This document shows positions 1-12,549 of a DNA stretch of 51,504 nucleotides, piece by piece (within the stretch, counting starts at the first letter, position 1; each line of letters begins with the position of its first letter). A program made the position numbers and the translations under genes. The DNA lies in the NCBI GenBank assembly GCA_043818535.1, contig JBDRFS010000033.1:1-51504 (forward strand), in the 5' to 3' direction. The notes below the pieces were generated by a model. It was not told the DNA's origin and searched no databases. It saw nothing but the letters and a program-made list of their open reading frames with translations. The DNA comes from Candidatus Woesearchaeota archaeon. Its GTDB lineage: Archaea; Nanobdellota; Nanobdellia; SCGC-AAA011-G17; GW2011-AR17.

Positions 1-270
1 GAGATAAAGTTTTCTTTCTTCACTTTCTTACAACTCTTTGCAAGAGTTGCCAGACTTTTTGCTCCAACTTAGGTCATATTTGAGCTACATATCTAAAGAA
101 AAGAACTAGAGGGAACAATGCAGCTGCTGAAAAAAAAAGAAGTTTTCTAAAGAAAAAAGAAAGAATGTAGAATTAATGGGCAAGCAAATATAAAGCAAAA
201 TCTATTTTTAGACTCTCAAACCATCTAAACCTGCTAAAAATCAAGACGAGACTTGACAGTCACAAATCAC

Positions 271-287
271 CGAAACGTTTATATATT
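271..287 (+). promoter_or_regulatory. BRE/TATA promoter of the rRNA operon
   Basis: cgaaacg is directly followed by tttatatatt, about 250 nt upstream of the 16S 5' end. The same AAAC..TTTATATA architecture recurs in front of protein genes in this window. Confidence 0.55.
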
Positions 288-441
288 AGTTGCCTCCAAC
301 ATACTATACAGCCAAGGAGATAGATTCGTGATATCTTCCTGGATATCACCTCCATTCTAAATAATCCTTATATCAAGGATAACAATACGGCGGATGGATG
401 CTGCCGTATAATAATGAGTGCTTGATTGAATTATCAAGTAT

Positions 442-473
442 GATGTATGGGTAGATGGTAGATTGTGGTAGTG
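442..473 (+). other. 5' strand of the pre-16S processing helix
   Basis: gatgtatgggtagatggtagattgtggtagtg is complementary to 2017-2047 (cactgccacagccaatatctacccatacatc). There are 15 perfect bp, then a bulged region, then about 10 more bp. This is the typical archaeal rRNA processing stem. Confidence 0.7.
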
Positions 474-534
474 CAAAACGCTTCTTCTGATGAAGCGTAC
501 ATTTAATAGTAGTTTCAGTTTTTGGCCTTATTTT

Positions 535-2007
<1,473 letters not shown>

Positions 2008-2016
2008 ATTTATTTT

Positions 2017-2047
2017 CACTGCCACAGCCAATATCTACCCATACATC
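2017..2047 (+). other. 3' strand of the pre-16S processing helix
   Basis: Reverse complement of 442-473 (see that feature). Confidence 0.7.
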
Positions 2048-2058
2048 TCACGATTCAT

Positions 2059-2147
2059 GGGCCGGTAGCTCAGTCTGGTAGAGCACCGCCCTTGCATATC
2101 GCCTTCAGGAAAGGCGGGGGCCTCGGGTTCGAATCCCGACCGGTCCA
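2059..2147 (+). tRNA. tRNA-Ala(UGC) with a 15-nt intron (2097-2111) at the canonical 37/38 site, in the 16S-23S spacer
   Basis: Manual cloverleaf. Acceptor GGGCCGG/CCGGTCC with the G3:U70 alanine identity pair. D arm GCTC-AGTCTGGTA-GAGC. Anticodon stem CCGCC/GGCGG with loop CTTGCA|intron|A. T arm TCGGG-TTCGAAT-CCCGA. Intron 3' part CAGG pairs with loop CTTG, leaving 3-nt bulges. No encoded CCA. Confidence 0.9.
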
Positions 2148-2262
2148 TTCACATTCATCATTCACTTGATACAATGCGCATCTTCTCGCGGGAGAAGGTG
2201 TAAGGGTGTCCATGTCCCTGGAAGCAGGAGCTTAAGGGTAGACTAGCATCCGTTAGATGTTC

Positions 2263-2282
2263 ATGGCGCTGTGCATAGGCGT

Positions 2283-2295
<13 letters not shown>
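2263..2295 (+). other. 5' strand of the pre-23S processing helix / helix 1
   Basis: atggcgctgtgcataggcgtgcactaaataaag pairs with 5201-5232 (ctttatttaatgcacgcctgcacagcttccat), about 30 bp with small bulges. Confidence 0.7.
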
Positions 2296-5200
<2,905 letters not shown>

Positions 5201-5215
<15 letters not shown>

Positions 5216-5232
5216 GCCTGCACAGCTTCCAT
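5201..5232 (+). other. 3' strand of the pre-23S processing helix
   Basis: Reverse complement of 2263-2295. Confidence 0.7.
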
Positions 5233-5276
5233 TTTTTCTTTGTGCTTTAGTAGGTAGTGTGAACTCTTTTTAATTT

Positions 5277-5317
5277 GGGAGCCTGCATTGCTTTCTTTTG
5301 TTTGAGAAGAAGGCCTT
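5277..5317 (+). repeat. Interspersed intergenic element, plus orientation (downstream of the rRNA operon)
   Basis: gggagcctgcattgctttcttttgtttgagaagaaggcctt matches the family core seen in most intergenic regions of this window. Confidence 0.6.
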
Positions 5318-6656
5318 ACCTGCTAAGAATCCTTAAAAGGATAGATATGAATGTTGCTTTTGTTTCAGGTTTTACTCCAGCCAGACTGCCATCTCTAATT
5401 TCCTTATCCTGTGGCATTACATGAGCACCCATATTGTCCTGGTGAGTCAGCTCATCCAAGTTCTTAATCCTTACTGATTCGCTGACAACCCTGTCACCAT
5501 CACAAGAGGGGTTATATTCCCACAATTGCGAATTTATCTGGTCCCAATAATCTTCATAACGGCTGCAAAGCATGGATCCGGATACAAATAAGGAGTTGCC
5601 TTCCCTGTGCAATCCTATGTTGTACTGCCTCCTGTTATTGTAGATGTCATCATTAAATGCAAGATAGCCCCTTTCACTTGAACTCCAGCCTAAAAGTTCA
5701 TCCTTAGTCATCAATAAGTCTGAAGCAGGTATTGCAGCATAGTCTGCGATGAAATCTCCATGGACATATAAGTCTAAAGAAGGCATATATGCCACACCGT
5801 GCTGGTCCCTCCAGATCTTATAGGCTGGTATGTTTATAGACTGCAGCACGGCAGGAACCACCATGCTGGTTGTCTGGCAGCCGACAATCCTTTCTTGAAA
5901 AAGCTCTTCCAGGGTATATCTCATAATGTTTCTGGGATAGCCGTAAGTATCTTCCCAGCCCCATCCGCTTTCTGCATGCAGGAAATTTTTCTCTGCCCAT
6001 TCTATTATCTTGCCTGCTGCCTGCAGCTGGCTTTCAGAACCTTCAGCCAGGCCTTTTGCCAATGGAAAGGCCTTATACCAGTCTTTTGAAGCGTTTCCCA
6101 GTCGCCAGCTGCTGTCTTCTGAGCTAAATTGAGCATTGTCTATAAGTGATGACATCGAATGGTATGATTCTTCATACCGCCAAAGGAGAAGTATTGCAAT
6201 CTCATCACGGCTGTAGTCCTTCAATGACCAGGGGACAATGTCGCTGCTTTCAAGCCACAAGGAATGTGCAACGTGGATCAAGAATATCCTTCCTTCCTCA
6301 TCCAGGTAACCATATCTCTCAAAAACAGCATCAAACTTGTTTTCCTTTTGGCTAATGGGCTCGTAAGGGTTGTAAATGTCCAGGATTTCCTCTAAGGCTT
6401 CAAACCCATTAATCTCAATTATTTTATCTCTGACAGGGGATAATGAGCCATAGGCATATAACAAGCCAATTGGCTTGATTGGTATTTCCATTGAAGGCAA
6501 AGGCGGTTCAACAAGGACTATTTCAACAGGAGGTATTGGTTTCTTAGCAGACCAAGGAAACCTAAAAGCTCCTGTTAGGTCTTCCCAGAACCCTGCTGCT
6601 ACTATTGTAGAGCAGAGTAACAATGCTATTACAATAAAAATTCCGGGTTTTTTCAA
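5316..6656 (-). CDS. Membrane-anchored/secreted transglutaminase-like (Cys-His-Asp papain-fold) protein
   Basis: 446-aa ORF with an N-terminal hydrophobic anchor MKKPGIFIVIALLLCSTIVAAG. GCQTTSMVVPAVLQSINIPAYKIW ... HGVAY ... HGD resembles the transglutaminase-core G-C..L-R-x-x-G-I-P-A-R / H / D pattern. The start codon is TTG, preceded by ggtgga. Confidence 0.5.
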   Translation of the reverse strand: MKKPGIFIVIALLLCSTIVAAGFWEDLTGAFRFPWSAKKPIPPVEIVLVEPPLPSMEIPIKPIGLLYAYGSLSPVRDKIIEINGFEALEEILDIYNPYEPISQKENKFDAVFERYGYLDEEGRIFLIHVAHSLWLESSDIVPWSLKDYSRDEIAILLLWRYEESYHSMSSLIDNAQFSSEDSSWRLGNASKDWYKAFPLAKGLAEGSESQLQAAGKIIEWAEKNFLHAESGWGWEDTYGYPRNIMRYTLEELFQERIVGCQTTSMVVPAVLQSINIPAYKIWRDQHGVAYMPSLDLYVHGDFIADYAAIPASDLLMTKDELLGWSSSERGYLAFNDDIYNNRRQYNIGLHREGNSLFVSGSMLCSRYEDYWDQINSQLWEYNPSCDGDRVVSESVRIKNLDELTHQDNMGAHVMPQDKEIRDGSLAGVKPETKATFISILLRILSR

Positions 6657-6818
6657 AGTCAGTCCACCTTATGTTAAGTTAATCTTTAAGATATTTAAAG
6701 TTTGCTCAATGGAAATGCAAAACGCTGGAAGCAAAGTAATTCTTAAAGAGCCAGAAAAGGTTTCAAAGCAGACTACTGCGGCTGCTATTCCTTATTTTAT
6801 ACATTCCTATAAAGTAAT

Positions 6819-7110
6819 CCGCAAGTCATAAGAGCTGAAAGCATCTAAGCTCGAAGGATACCGTGAAAAGAGACTCAGAGCACCTGCATAACACAGGTTT
6901 GATGGGGCTGGGGTGTAAGTACCGAGCTTCGGCGAGGTATTCAGCCCGCAGTTTCCAACAGCTTGACTTTATACTATTATTAGTGCACGCCTTTGTACAG
7001 CTTCCATTTTTTTCTTTGTGTCTTGGAAGGTAGTGTGAACTCTTTTTAAGAATAAGTTTTAGCAGTCTGCATTGCTTTCTTTTGTTACAGAAGAAAGCTT
7101 TACCTGCCAA
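6819..7110 (+). pseudogene. Orphan duplicate of the 23S rRNA 3' terminus (about 150 nt) plus its downstream spacer
   Basis: 6819-6966 aligns base-for-base with 5050-5197 (8 differences in 147 nt by my count). The similarity continues, more diverged, through the spacer to about 7110. No upstream 23S body is attached. Confidence 0.8.
7061..7100 (+). repeat. Interspersed intergenic element, plus orientation (inside the duplicated spacer)
   Basis: agcagtctgcattgctttcttttgttacagaagaaagctt is the counterpart of 5277-5317. Confidence 0.6.
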
Positions 7111-7239
7111 AAAGCCTCATGGCAGTTATAATTTTACAATAACGGTTTCTGCCCTTCTTTATCCTTAATGGCCTAGTCCTCTGAGCCGCCATTATGAGAG
7201 TAGCCTTAATCGTTCGTTTGATTCAGGTTGTTCGTCTGA

Positions 7240-7809
7240 TTAAGGAGGCGAACAGCAAAGGGCATCCAATGTCATAAGGTTATCCACAACCGCTTTATCG
7301 CAAGACCAGAACATAGCAGTAAATAGCCCTTCTCTTACGCCAATTGTGGCTACGCATGTTTGGCCTAAACTTGTGCACTTTTCATTGCCTGTTTCTAATC
7401 CATCCTGAGATATTGATTCAGAAACACAACTATTCAACATATCCAACACTCCTTGATATGTCACTTTAGGCTGTATTATTGTTCCTTCTGCGCTTGCTTC
7501 TGGACTGGTCAATTCTTCATATTCCCGTTCAGCGCATTTTTTGCCCATCCGGGATATTGCCTTGCAGTATCCACTTTGGCATTGAGAATCCACTGTACAA
7601 GGTTCTCCAATGCCTTTTTTTAATTCCACTGCTTCCTCAATTGGAGTTCCTTCAACAAGATTTTCCGTTTCCTCTATTGTTTGTGCTTTAGCTTTCCAAG
7701 AAAAGAACGGAAACTTAAAAGCTCCTGTTATGTCATCCCAAACCCCTGCTGCCACAAAGGTAGAGCAGAGCAAAAGCCCTATTACAATTATAATCCCTAT
7801 TTTTTTCAA
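7240..7809 (-). CDS. Cys-rich secreted/anchored protein, N-terminal paralog of 5316..6656
   Basis: 189-aa ORF. The N-terminus MKKIGIIIVIGLLLCSTFVAAGVWDDITGAFKFPF parallels MKKPGIFIVIALLLCSTIVAAGFWEDLTGAFRFPW. The mature part has 10 Cys. The start codon is TTG with ggaggtg 6 nt upstream. Confidence 0.6.
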   Translation of the reverse strand: MKKIGIIIVIGLLLCSTFVAAGVWDDITGAFKFPFFSWKAKAQTIEETENLVEGTPIEEAVELKKGIGEPCTVDSQCQSGYCKAISRMGKKCAEREYEELTSPEASAEGTIIQPKVTYQGVLDMLNSCVSESISQDGLETGNEKCTSLGQTCVATIGVREGLFTAMFWSCDKAVVDNLMTLDALCCSPP

Positions 7810-7972
7810 AGTTTAACACCTCCGTATATTATAAATAATAAGGCATTTAAGGTTTATAAATACCCCCTCCCAAACATGCATATTGCAAAATATATGTTGC
7901 ACTGCACATGCCCTAAACATAAAAAGAATACTCCAAAAATGCTTAAAAAGCAAGAGCCAAACCATCCATTCA

Positions 7973-8015
7973 GGAGCCATAAAAAGTTCCAAAATGAATT
8001 AAGGCGGGCTGCTAA
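7973..8015 (-). repeat. Left direct repeat flanking the HEPN/MNT cassette (member of the interspersed family)
   Basis: Aligns with 9223-9265. The 20-mer gaattaaggcgggctgctaa is identical at 7996-8015 and 9246-9265. It supplies the TAG stop of 8012..8632. Confidence 0.7.
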
Positions 8016-8632
8016 ACAGCATAAACTATCTTCTTTATCCTGTACTCAGCGCCAAAAGCCTTAAGCATTTGCTCAACATATTCCCTTTTTTCTCTGCTTA
8101 CCATTACGCCCCCTTTGCCAACTCCGATAATCTCCGTTTCATCTATTATCCCCGGATAGGTTTTAACAACTTTTTCCTTTCCTTTATAATACCAGCTCTT
8201 TCTCCCATGAAGGATCTGGGAAAGCCTTGTTTGTTTCACTCTATCTTTAACATTAAATGTGAAAATATAATAAGCTTTCAACCCAAGTTGTCCATTGCCC
8301 AATACAAACATTCCAGAAGCGTAAACGACCTCGCCTTCTTCAAGCATCTTCCTTAGCAAAGACCCATCCTCTTTTGATATGCTAATGGCCTGGAATTCTG
8401 GTTGAATCCTGACCCTTAATTTTGCATTTATCCTTGAAACCAAATCCTCAATCTTATCTATAAGGCTAGAGGGAACTTTCTTTTTGTTTACTACAATTAA
8501 TAAATCTATGTCAGAGTGCCTCTTGCTGTATTCTTTTCTCGCTAAACTGCCGTAAAGAAAAACTATAATAACATCCTTAAAATTAGGCATTTCTTTTACA
8601 AATTTGTCCACCGCAGCTTGTGCATCAATCAT
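8012..8632 (-). CDS. Minimal nucleotidyltransferase (MNT-type, Pol-beta fold) with C-terminal extension
   Basis: FLYGSLARKEYSKRHSDIDLLIVV matches the G-S-x(9-10)-D-x-D NTase signature. There is a 4-nt ATGA overlap with the upstream HEPN-like ORF. Confidence 0.65.
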   Translation of the reverse strand: MIDAQAAVDKFVKEMPNFKDVIIVFLYGSLARKEYSKRHSDIDLLIVVNKKKVPSSLIDKIEDLVSRINAKLRVRIQPEFQAISISKEDGSLLRKMLEEGEVVYASGMFVLGNGQLGLKAYYIFTFNVKDRVKQTRLSQILHGRKSWYYKGKEKVVKTYPGIIDETEIIGVGKGGVMVSREKREYVEQMLKAFGAEYRIKKIVYAV

Positions 8633-9000
8633 TTTGCCTCTTTAACCATGAGGGAAGCAAATTCCCTGATTAACTTATATTTTTTGCCGTTTTCACCCCT
8701 ATAGGCCACCTTGTTCCTTATGTTTCTGTCAATCTGATCAAATAGCCTGACAGCATCCTCAGAAAACAATTCGTTATTTTCAAGCACTTTTCTTGCCCTA
8801 TTTTCATGGCTAAAGGAGTGAAGCTCTTTTTCTGCTAGTTTCGCCTCAATAAAGCTTATTGCTGAATAAAAATAATTCTGGGCAGCAACACACCTTACAG
8901 CAATTTTTGGTTTTCCTTCAGCACTTTCATGCTTTTTATGCTCCTTTTCGGCAATCTCAAAATGCGCCTTTGCAATCAAAATGTGGGTTTCTCTGTCCAT
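8629..9000 (-). CDS. HEPN-like small helical protein, partner of the MNT
   Basis: 123-aa all-helical-looking ORF translationally coupled to the NTase. The C-terminal IRNKVAYRG resembles the HEPN R-x4-6-H motif, but with Tyr where His is expected. Confidence 0.45.
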   Translation of the reverse strand: MDRETHILIAKAHFEIAEKEHKKHESAEGKPKIAVRCVAAQNYFYSAISFIEAKLAEKELHSFSHENRARKVLENNELFSEDAVRLFDQIDRNIRNKVAYRGENGKKYKLIREFASLMVKEAK

Positions 9001-9222
9001 TTTATCTCCTGTTTAACATAATAAACAGCCACCCTATTTAAAGGTTTCTGTTTAATTTGTTGACAACTAGCCCCTCGCTTGTGCGACTAATCATAACAAG
9101 ATTATGAACGGTTATAAACTATTCGCTTATTTTTCGGAATATTTTCGGGCTATAATCTCTAAACAGTAAAAAGAGTCATCAACAGTACAAAACACGAGGG
9201 GTGGAAGCAAAACAATTGTCAA

Positions 9223-9265
9223 AGAGCCATGAAAAGCCTCAAAGCGAATTAAGGCGGGCTGCTAA
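9223..9265 (-). repeat. Right direct repeat flanking the HEPN/MNT cassette
   Basis: See 7973-8015. Here it lies 75-115 nt upstream of the plus-strand gene at 9339. Confidence 0.7.
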
Positions 9266-9338
9266 GACTTAATTAAAAGCACACTTTTGCACACGGCAAT
9301 CATTAACTATATAAAGCCTTTAACTCTTCCTAAAAACC

Positions 9339-9710
9339 ATGAAATACCTGGAAGAGCTAAAGAAAATGAAGCTCCCTGAAAATGAGTTTGCCATATTCGG
9401 CTCCGGACCAATGGCAATAAGAGGCATTAGGGAGAACAAGGACTTGGACATCCTGGCCAAGGCAAGTCTGTGGGATAATCTCAAAAAGCAATTTCCTGTA
9501 TCAGATAATGACTCAATAAAAGTTGGGGAAATAGAGTTCTTCAGGGAATGGCCATTTTTTGAGAATCCGGAAGAATTGATAGACCATGCTGATATCATAG
9601 ACGGCTTCAGGTTTGTCAAGCTAAAAGACGTTATAAAGTTTAAACAGGCACTTGGAAGGGAAAAGGACCAAAGGGACATAAGGAAGATCGAAGAGTTTCT
9701 CAGAAAGTAA
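9339..9710 (+). CDS. Small nucleotidyltransferase-fold protein (uncharacterised)
   Basis: FAIFGSGPMAIRGIRENKDLDILA resembles a G-S-G...D-x-D NTase P-loop-like motif. 123 aa. The TATA-like tatataaag lies about 25 nt upstream of the ATG. Confidence 0.4.
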   Translation: MKYLEELKKMKLPENEFAIFGSGPMAIRGIRENKDLDILAKASLWDNLKKQFPVSDNDSIKVGEIEFFREWPFFENPEELIDHADIIDGFRFVKLKDVIKFKQALGREKDQRDIRKIEEFLRK

Positions 9711-10938
9711 TCTCATAAGGCTTGACAGGGCACTGCTCAACCGCAATAGGATTGACTATGTCATATAGCTCCTTATTCCCGGCATCAACCCTCTGCTGTA
9801 TTATGTCAAGATGCCTGCCGTAGTACATGAAGGGAACTAGTTGTAAGAACATGTCTGGCCCCACAGAATCCAGAAGATGCTCAAGCTTTGGCCTGGCATC
9901 GCTGCCTGAATACCTTGCAAACAAAGCAAGCCTTGCCTCGTTAAAATACTTTTTTACTCCGCTTTTCTTAAAATAATGCTCTGAAACAGCTTCCAGTATT
10001 TCATCCCTGTTATCCAGCCTGTCTTCTTCTGGGAAAGACTTGTAAAATGCCACGGCGCTTTGGTTATACTCATCACTGTTGGCAAAATATTCCCTAAGCT
10101 TTACTGACCTCTTGTAAAGTTCACTATCTTTTTCTAAGCTATTCTCTATAAAAAGCCCTGCAACCCTGTCTGCCACCACATCGCAGGCTGTCTCATGTAT
10201 TGGCACAACTTCCTTGTTATTGTTCCAGTTGAGGTAGGCGAACAGGAAGTGCGCTGCGTAGCCTATGGTCATATCATTGTAGATCATTGTATGCGTATAT
10301 TCGTGTGCCTGCGAGACAAAAGAGCCGTACAGGGAATAAGCGTCCTCGTCCATCCTTATGTAATAGTATATCAGCAGGTCTAGTGCATAGCCACCGATGC
10401 CCATCATGTAAGCCGAGTATTCTGGTTCTGGCAAGGAATATTTCTTGTCATAATCATTTAGCAGCTGCATTTCATCCTTTTCAAATATTTTTACAAGCTC
10501 TTTAAACTTTTCTGACTTGTCGTTCTTTTTCAGTTTTTTAGTTCCTACACGTTCGGCAAGATATTCTATTGCCTTTATCTCATCTCTTGAAAGCTTTTGG
10601 TTGTAATAGAGCTTCATGCTCTCAACATCAATGCTGCCCCTTTTTGTCAATACTAGCTGGTTGCCGGTTTCCTTGAAATGCGGAGAAGGGAAGTCTATCT
10701 TCTTGTCCAAGTAAATGCTGTAGTTCTCTTCAACCAGGGCTTCTATTTCCTTCTGCGCCCACTTTTCATCCTTAAGCAATATTTCATTATTTTCAAGAAA
10801 CAGTTTGCCTAGCTTGCTTGTATCCTCAACTATGTGCTGCTTGGCTTTCTCTGCATACTTTACGTCCATGTCTGCAACATATGTCACGCAGCTGTTTAGC
10901 ATAATGGATGCCAGTGCGGATGCTGCCAAAGCCTTCAT
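9700..10938 (-). CDS. Putative lipoprotein zinc metalloprotease (HExxH)
   Basis: 412-aa ORF. The N-terminus MKALAASALASIMLNSC is lipobox-like. There is a single HEYTH (HExxH) motif in SQAHEYTHTM. Confidence 0.5.
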   Translation of the reverse strand: MKALAASALASIMLNSCVTYVADMDVKYAEKAKQHIVEDTSKLGKLFLENNEILLKDEKWAQKEIEALVEENYSIYLDKKIDFPSPHFKETGNQLVLTKRGSIDVESMKLYYNQKLSRDEIKAIEYLAERVGTKKLKKNDKSEKFKELVKIFEKDEMQLLNDYDKKYSLPEPEYSAYMMGIGGYALDLLIYYYIRMDEDAYSLYGSFVSQAHEYTHTMIYNDMTIGYAAHFLFAYLNWNNNKEVVPIHETACDVVADRVAGLFIENSLEKDSELYKRSVKLREYFANSDEYNQSAVAFYKSFPEEDRLDNRDEILEAVSEHYFKKSGVKKYFNEARLALFARYSGSDARPKLEHLLDSVGPDMFLQLVPFMYYGRHLDIIQQRVDAGNKELYDIVNPIAVEQCPVKPYEITF

Positions 10939-11024
10939 ATGCCATGTTATTCCCTTTTGATTTATAAAGTTTTGCGGAAATATTTCAGCAATCCTTAAAT
11001 AGTTCTTAATTTAATTTATCCTGT

Positions 11025-11705
11025 ATGAGAAGCCTTACTGCTGCCCAAATGAAGGAGGTTGATGCTGTCTGCATGCAAGAGCTTGGCATAGAGAATGAGA
11101 AACTCATGGAGGAAGCTGGCAAGAGGGTTTATGAGTTAGCAGCTGAGATATTAGGCAATGTTTCTGGGAAAAGCGTTGTTGTTCTTGTTGGGCCTGGCAA
11201 TAATGGAGGGGATGGATTGGTTGCTGCGAGGCATCTTGCTGCTGAAGCTTCTGTTTTTGTGGCACTTTCTAAGGAAGTAAAAGGCTTGCCTAAATTGCAA
11301 TTGGAAAGGCTTGAGCCTTTTGGAATATCTTACATTGATTATAAGGAGTCATTCCCTGTAATGTGTGCCTGTGACCTGATAATAGACGCGCTTTTGGGGT
11401 ACAGTGCTTTTGGAGCTCCAAGGGGGATTGTAAGGGAGCTCATTGTTTCTGCTAACCGTTCTGGAAAGAAGATAATCTCTGTTGACATCCCTTCTGGCCT
11501 GGATTGCACTTCTGGGAGCATAGAAGGAGAATGCATCAAGGCTTATGCTACTGTTACATTGGGAGCTATGAAGGCTGGCTTGGAGAAGGCTAGAGGTGTT
11601 TCTGGAAAGGTTTATGTTGCGGACATTGGGATTCCTGAGGGGGCCTATAAGCGGCTGGGGCTGGAGGCTCCTGGTTTTAGCGGGAAGAAGTTGGCTATGC
11701 CTTGA
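11025..11705 (+). CDS. nnrE: NAD(P)H-hydrate epimerase (YjeF N-terminal domain)
   Basis: VVVLVGPGNNGGDGLVAARHL and DALLGYS are hallmarks of the YjeF_N/AI-BP family. 226 aa is the size of a single-domain epimerase. Confidence 0.8.
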   Translation: MRSLTAAQMKEVDAVCMQELGIENEKLMEEAGKRVYELAAEILGNVSGKSVVVLVGPGNNGGDGLVAARHLAAEASVFVALSKEVKGLPKLQLERLEPFGISYIDYKESFPVMCACDLIIDALLGYSAFGAPRGIVRELIVSANRSGKKIISVDIPSGLDCTSGSIEGECIKAYATVTLGAMKAGLEKARGVSGKVYVADIGIPEGAYKRLGLEAPGFSGKKLAMP

Positions 11706-12102
11706 CAGCACACATGACAGAAGTCTCCTCAAGCTTGTTATGCCCTAAAGGTGCTGTAAGCTGCTGTGTGATATTCTCTTTTTCTGTCAGCAAGGGAATT
11801 ATTCTGTTCCTGTGCTTGGCTATGAACTTGAAGGTTATTGTTATGACTTTGTTCTCTACGCTAGCCTTGAACTCCCCATGAACAATGTTTTTTAAAACAT
11901 AGTTATCTACGCCAAATACTTGGGACGCATCAAATACTCTCATCCCGGTAACAAAATCTTCTTCATCTATGTCTATGACAAAGTTCTGGAACTCTACAGA
12001 TTTCTTGTAGTTCCTGTTTTTTATTCTGAATGTAAGAATGTCATGACTATAGTCATAGAGGAATTCTCCTTCCTTTGGTGCGTTGAGGTGTCTTTTTTTC
12101 AT
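11695..12102 (-). CDS. DUF2283-like small protein (antitoxin-like partner)
   Basis: YDYSHDILTFRI and FVIDIDEEDFVTGMRVFDAS resemble the YD-x-E-x-D-x-L-Y-I ... D-x-D-x-x-G-x-I-x-G-I-E pattern of DUF2283. It starts 1 nt after the stop of 12104..12427. Confidence 0.45.
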   Translation of the reverse strand: MKKRHLNAPKEGEFLYDYSHDILTFRIKNRNYKKSVEFQNFVIDIDEEDFVTGMRVFDASQVFGVDNYVLKNIVHGEFKASVENKVITITFKFIAKHRNRIIPLLTEKENITQQLTAPLGHNKLEETSVMCAVKA

Positions 12103-12103
12103 C

Positions 12104-12427
12104 TTACAGCTTTATCTTTGGGATTTCAATAGTGTTCATGAATGATACAACCACAGCCTTCTCCCCTTCTAACTCTATTATTATCTTCCTGTAGCCATCG
12201 CTTTTTCTGTAGTATGCACCGAATCTAGCGTTCTGTTGCAAATAAACTTTTCGTGGCTTTTCTTTCCTTATGATATTGATTAATTCACTTTCTTTAAATA
12301 TGTTTCTTTGTTTTGTGCTTAAATGATCTGCTGCATGTGAGGAAATTATGATGTTCTTTTTTTTCAGCAACCTTTTGAACTCTTCTGTGCCGATCTCTTT
12401 TATTGGCTTGGTGGTGTAAATTCCCAT
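12104..12427 (-). CDS. DUF4258-like small protein (toxin-like partner)
   Basis: 107 aa. IIISSHAADHLSTKQRNIFKESELINII resembles the H-A-x-x-R-x-x-x-R-x-I DUF4258 N-terminus. It is tightly linked to a DUF2283-like gene, a recurrent pairing. Confidence 0.4.
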   Translation of the reverse strand: MGIYTTKPIKEIGTEEFKRLLKKKNIIISSHAADHLSTKQRNIFKESELINIIRKEKPRKVYLQQNARFGAYYRKSDGYRKIIIELEGEKAVVVSFMNTIEIPKIKL

Positions 12428-12549
12428 CCTCCTGATTATATTTTAATTCTGTTTAATATGTGTTTTGTTTTATTCTCGGAAATCCTTCAGAATGAGACAC
12501 TTTTTCCAGAAGAATGCATCATTTCCTCTTAAACAGCTTCTCTATCTGT

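Noticed and set aside
1-240. The idea that the window is a circular element, with the truncated minus-strand gene at 51208..51504 continuing into positions 1-70.
   Set aside because: Joining the ends puts the reading frame out of phase and hits a stop within a few codons. No terminal repeat is shared by the two ends.
6826-7110. 94-aa minus-strand ORF in the duplicated spacer.
   Set aside because: It reads through the orphan 23S 3' fragment and an interspersed repeat. Its counterpart in the first copy is not open.
9700-9710. Two convergent gene pairs overlapping by exactly 11 nt (9700-9710 and 11695-11705), considered as a possible shared signal.
   Set aside because: The overlapping sequences are unrelated, so the equal length appears coincidental.
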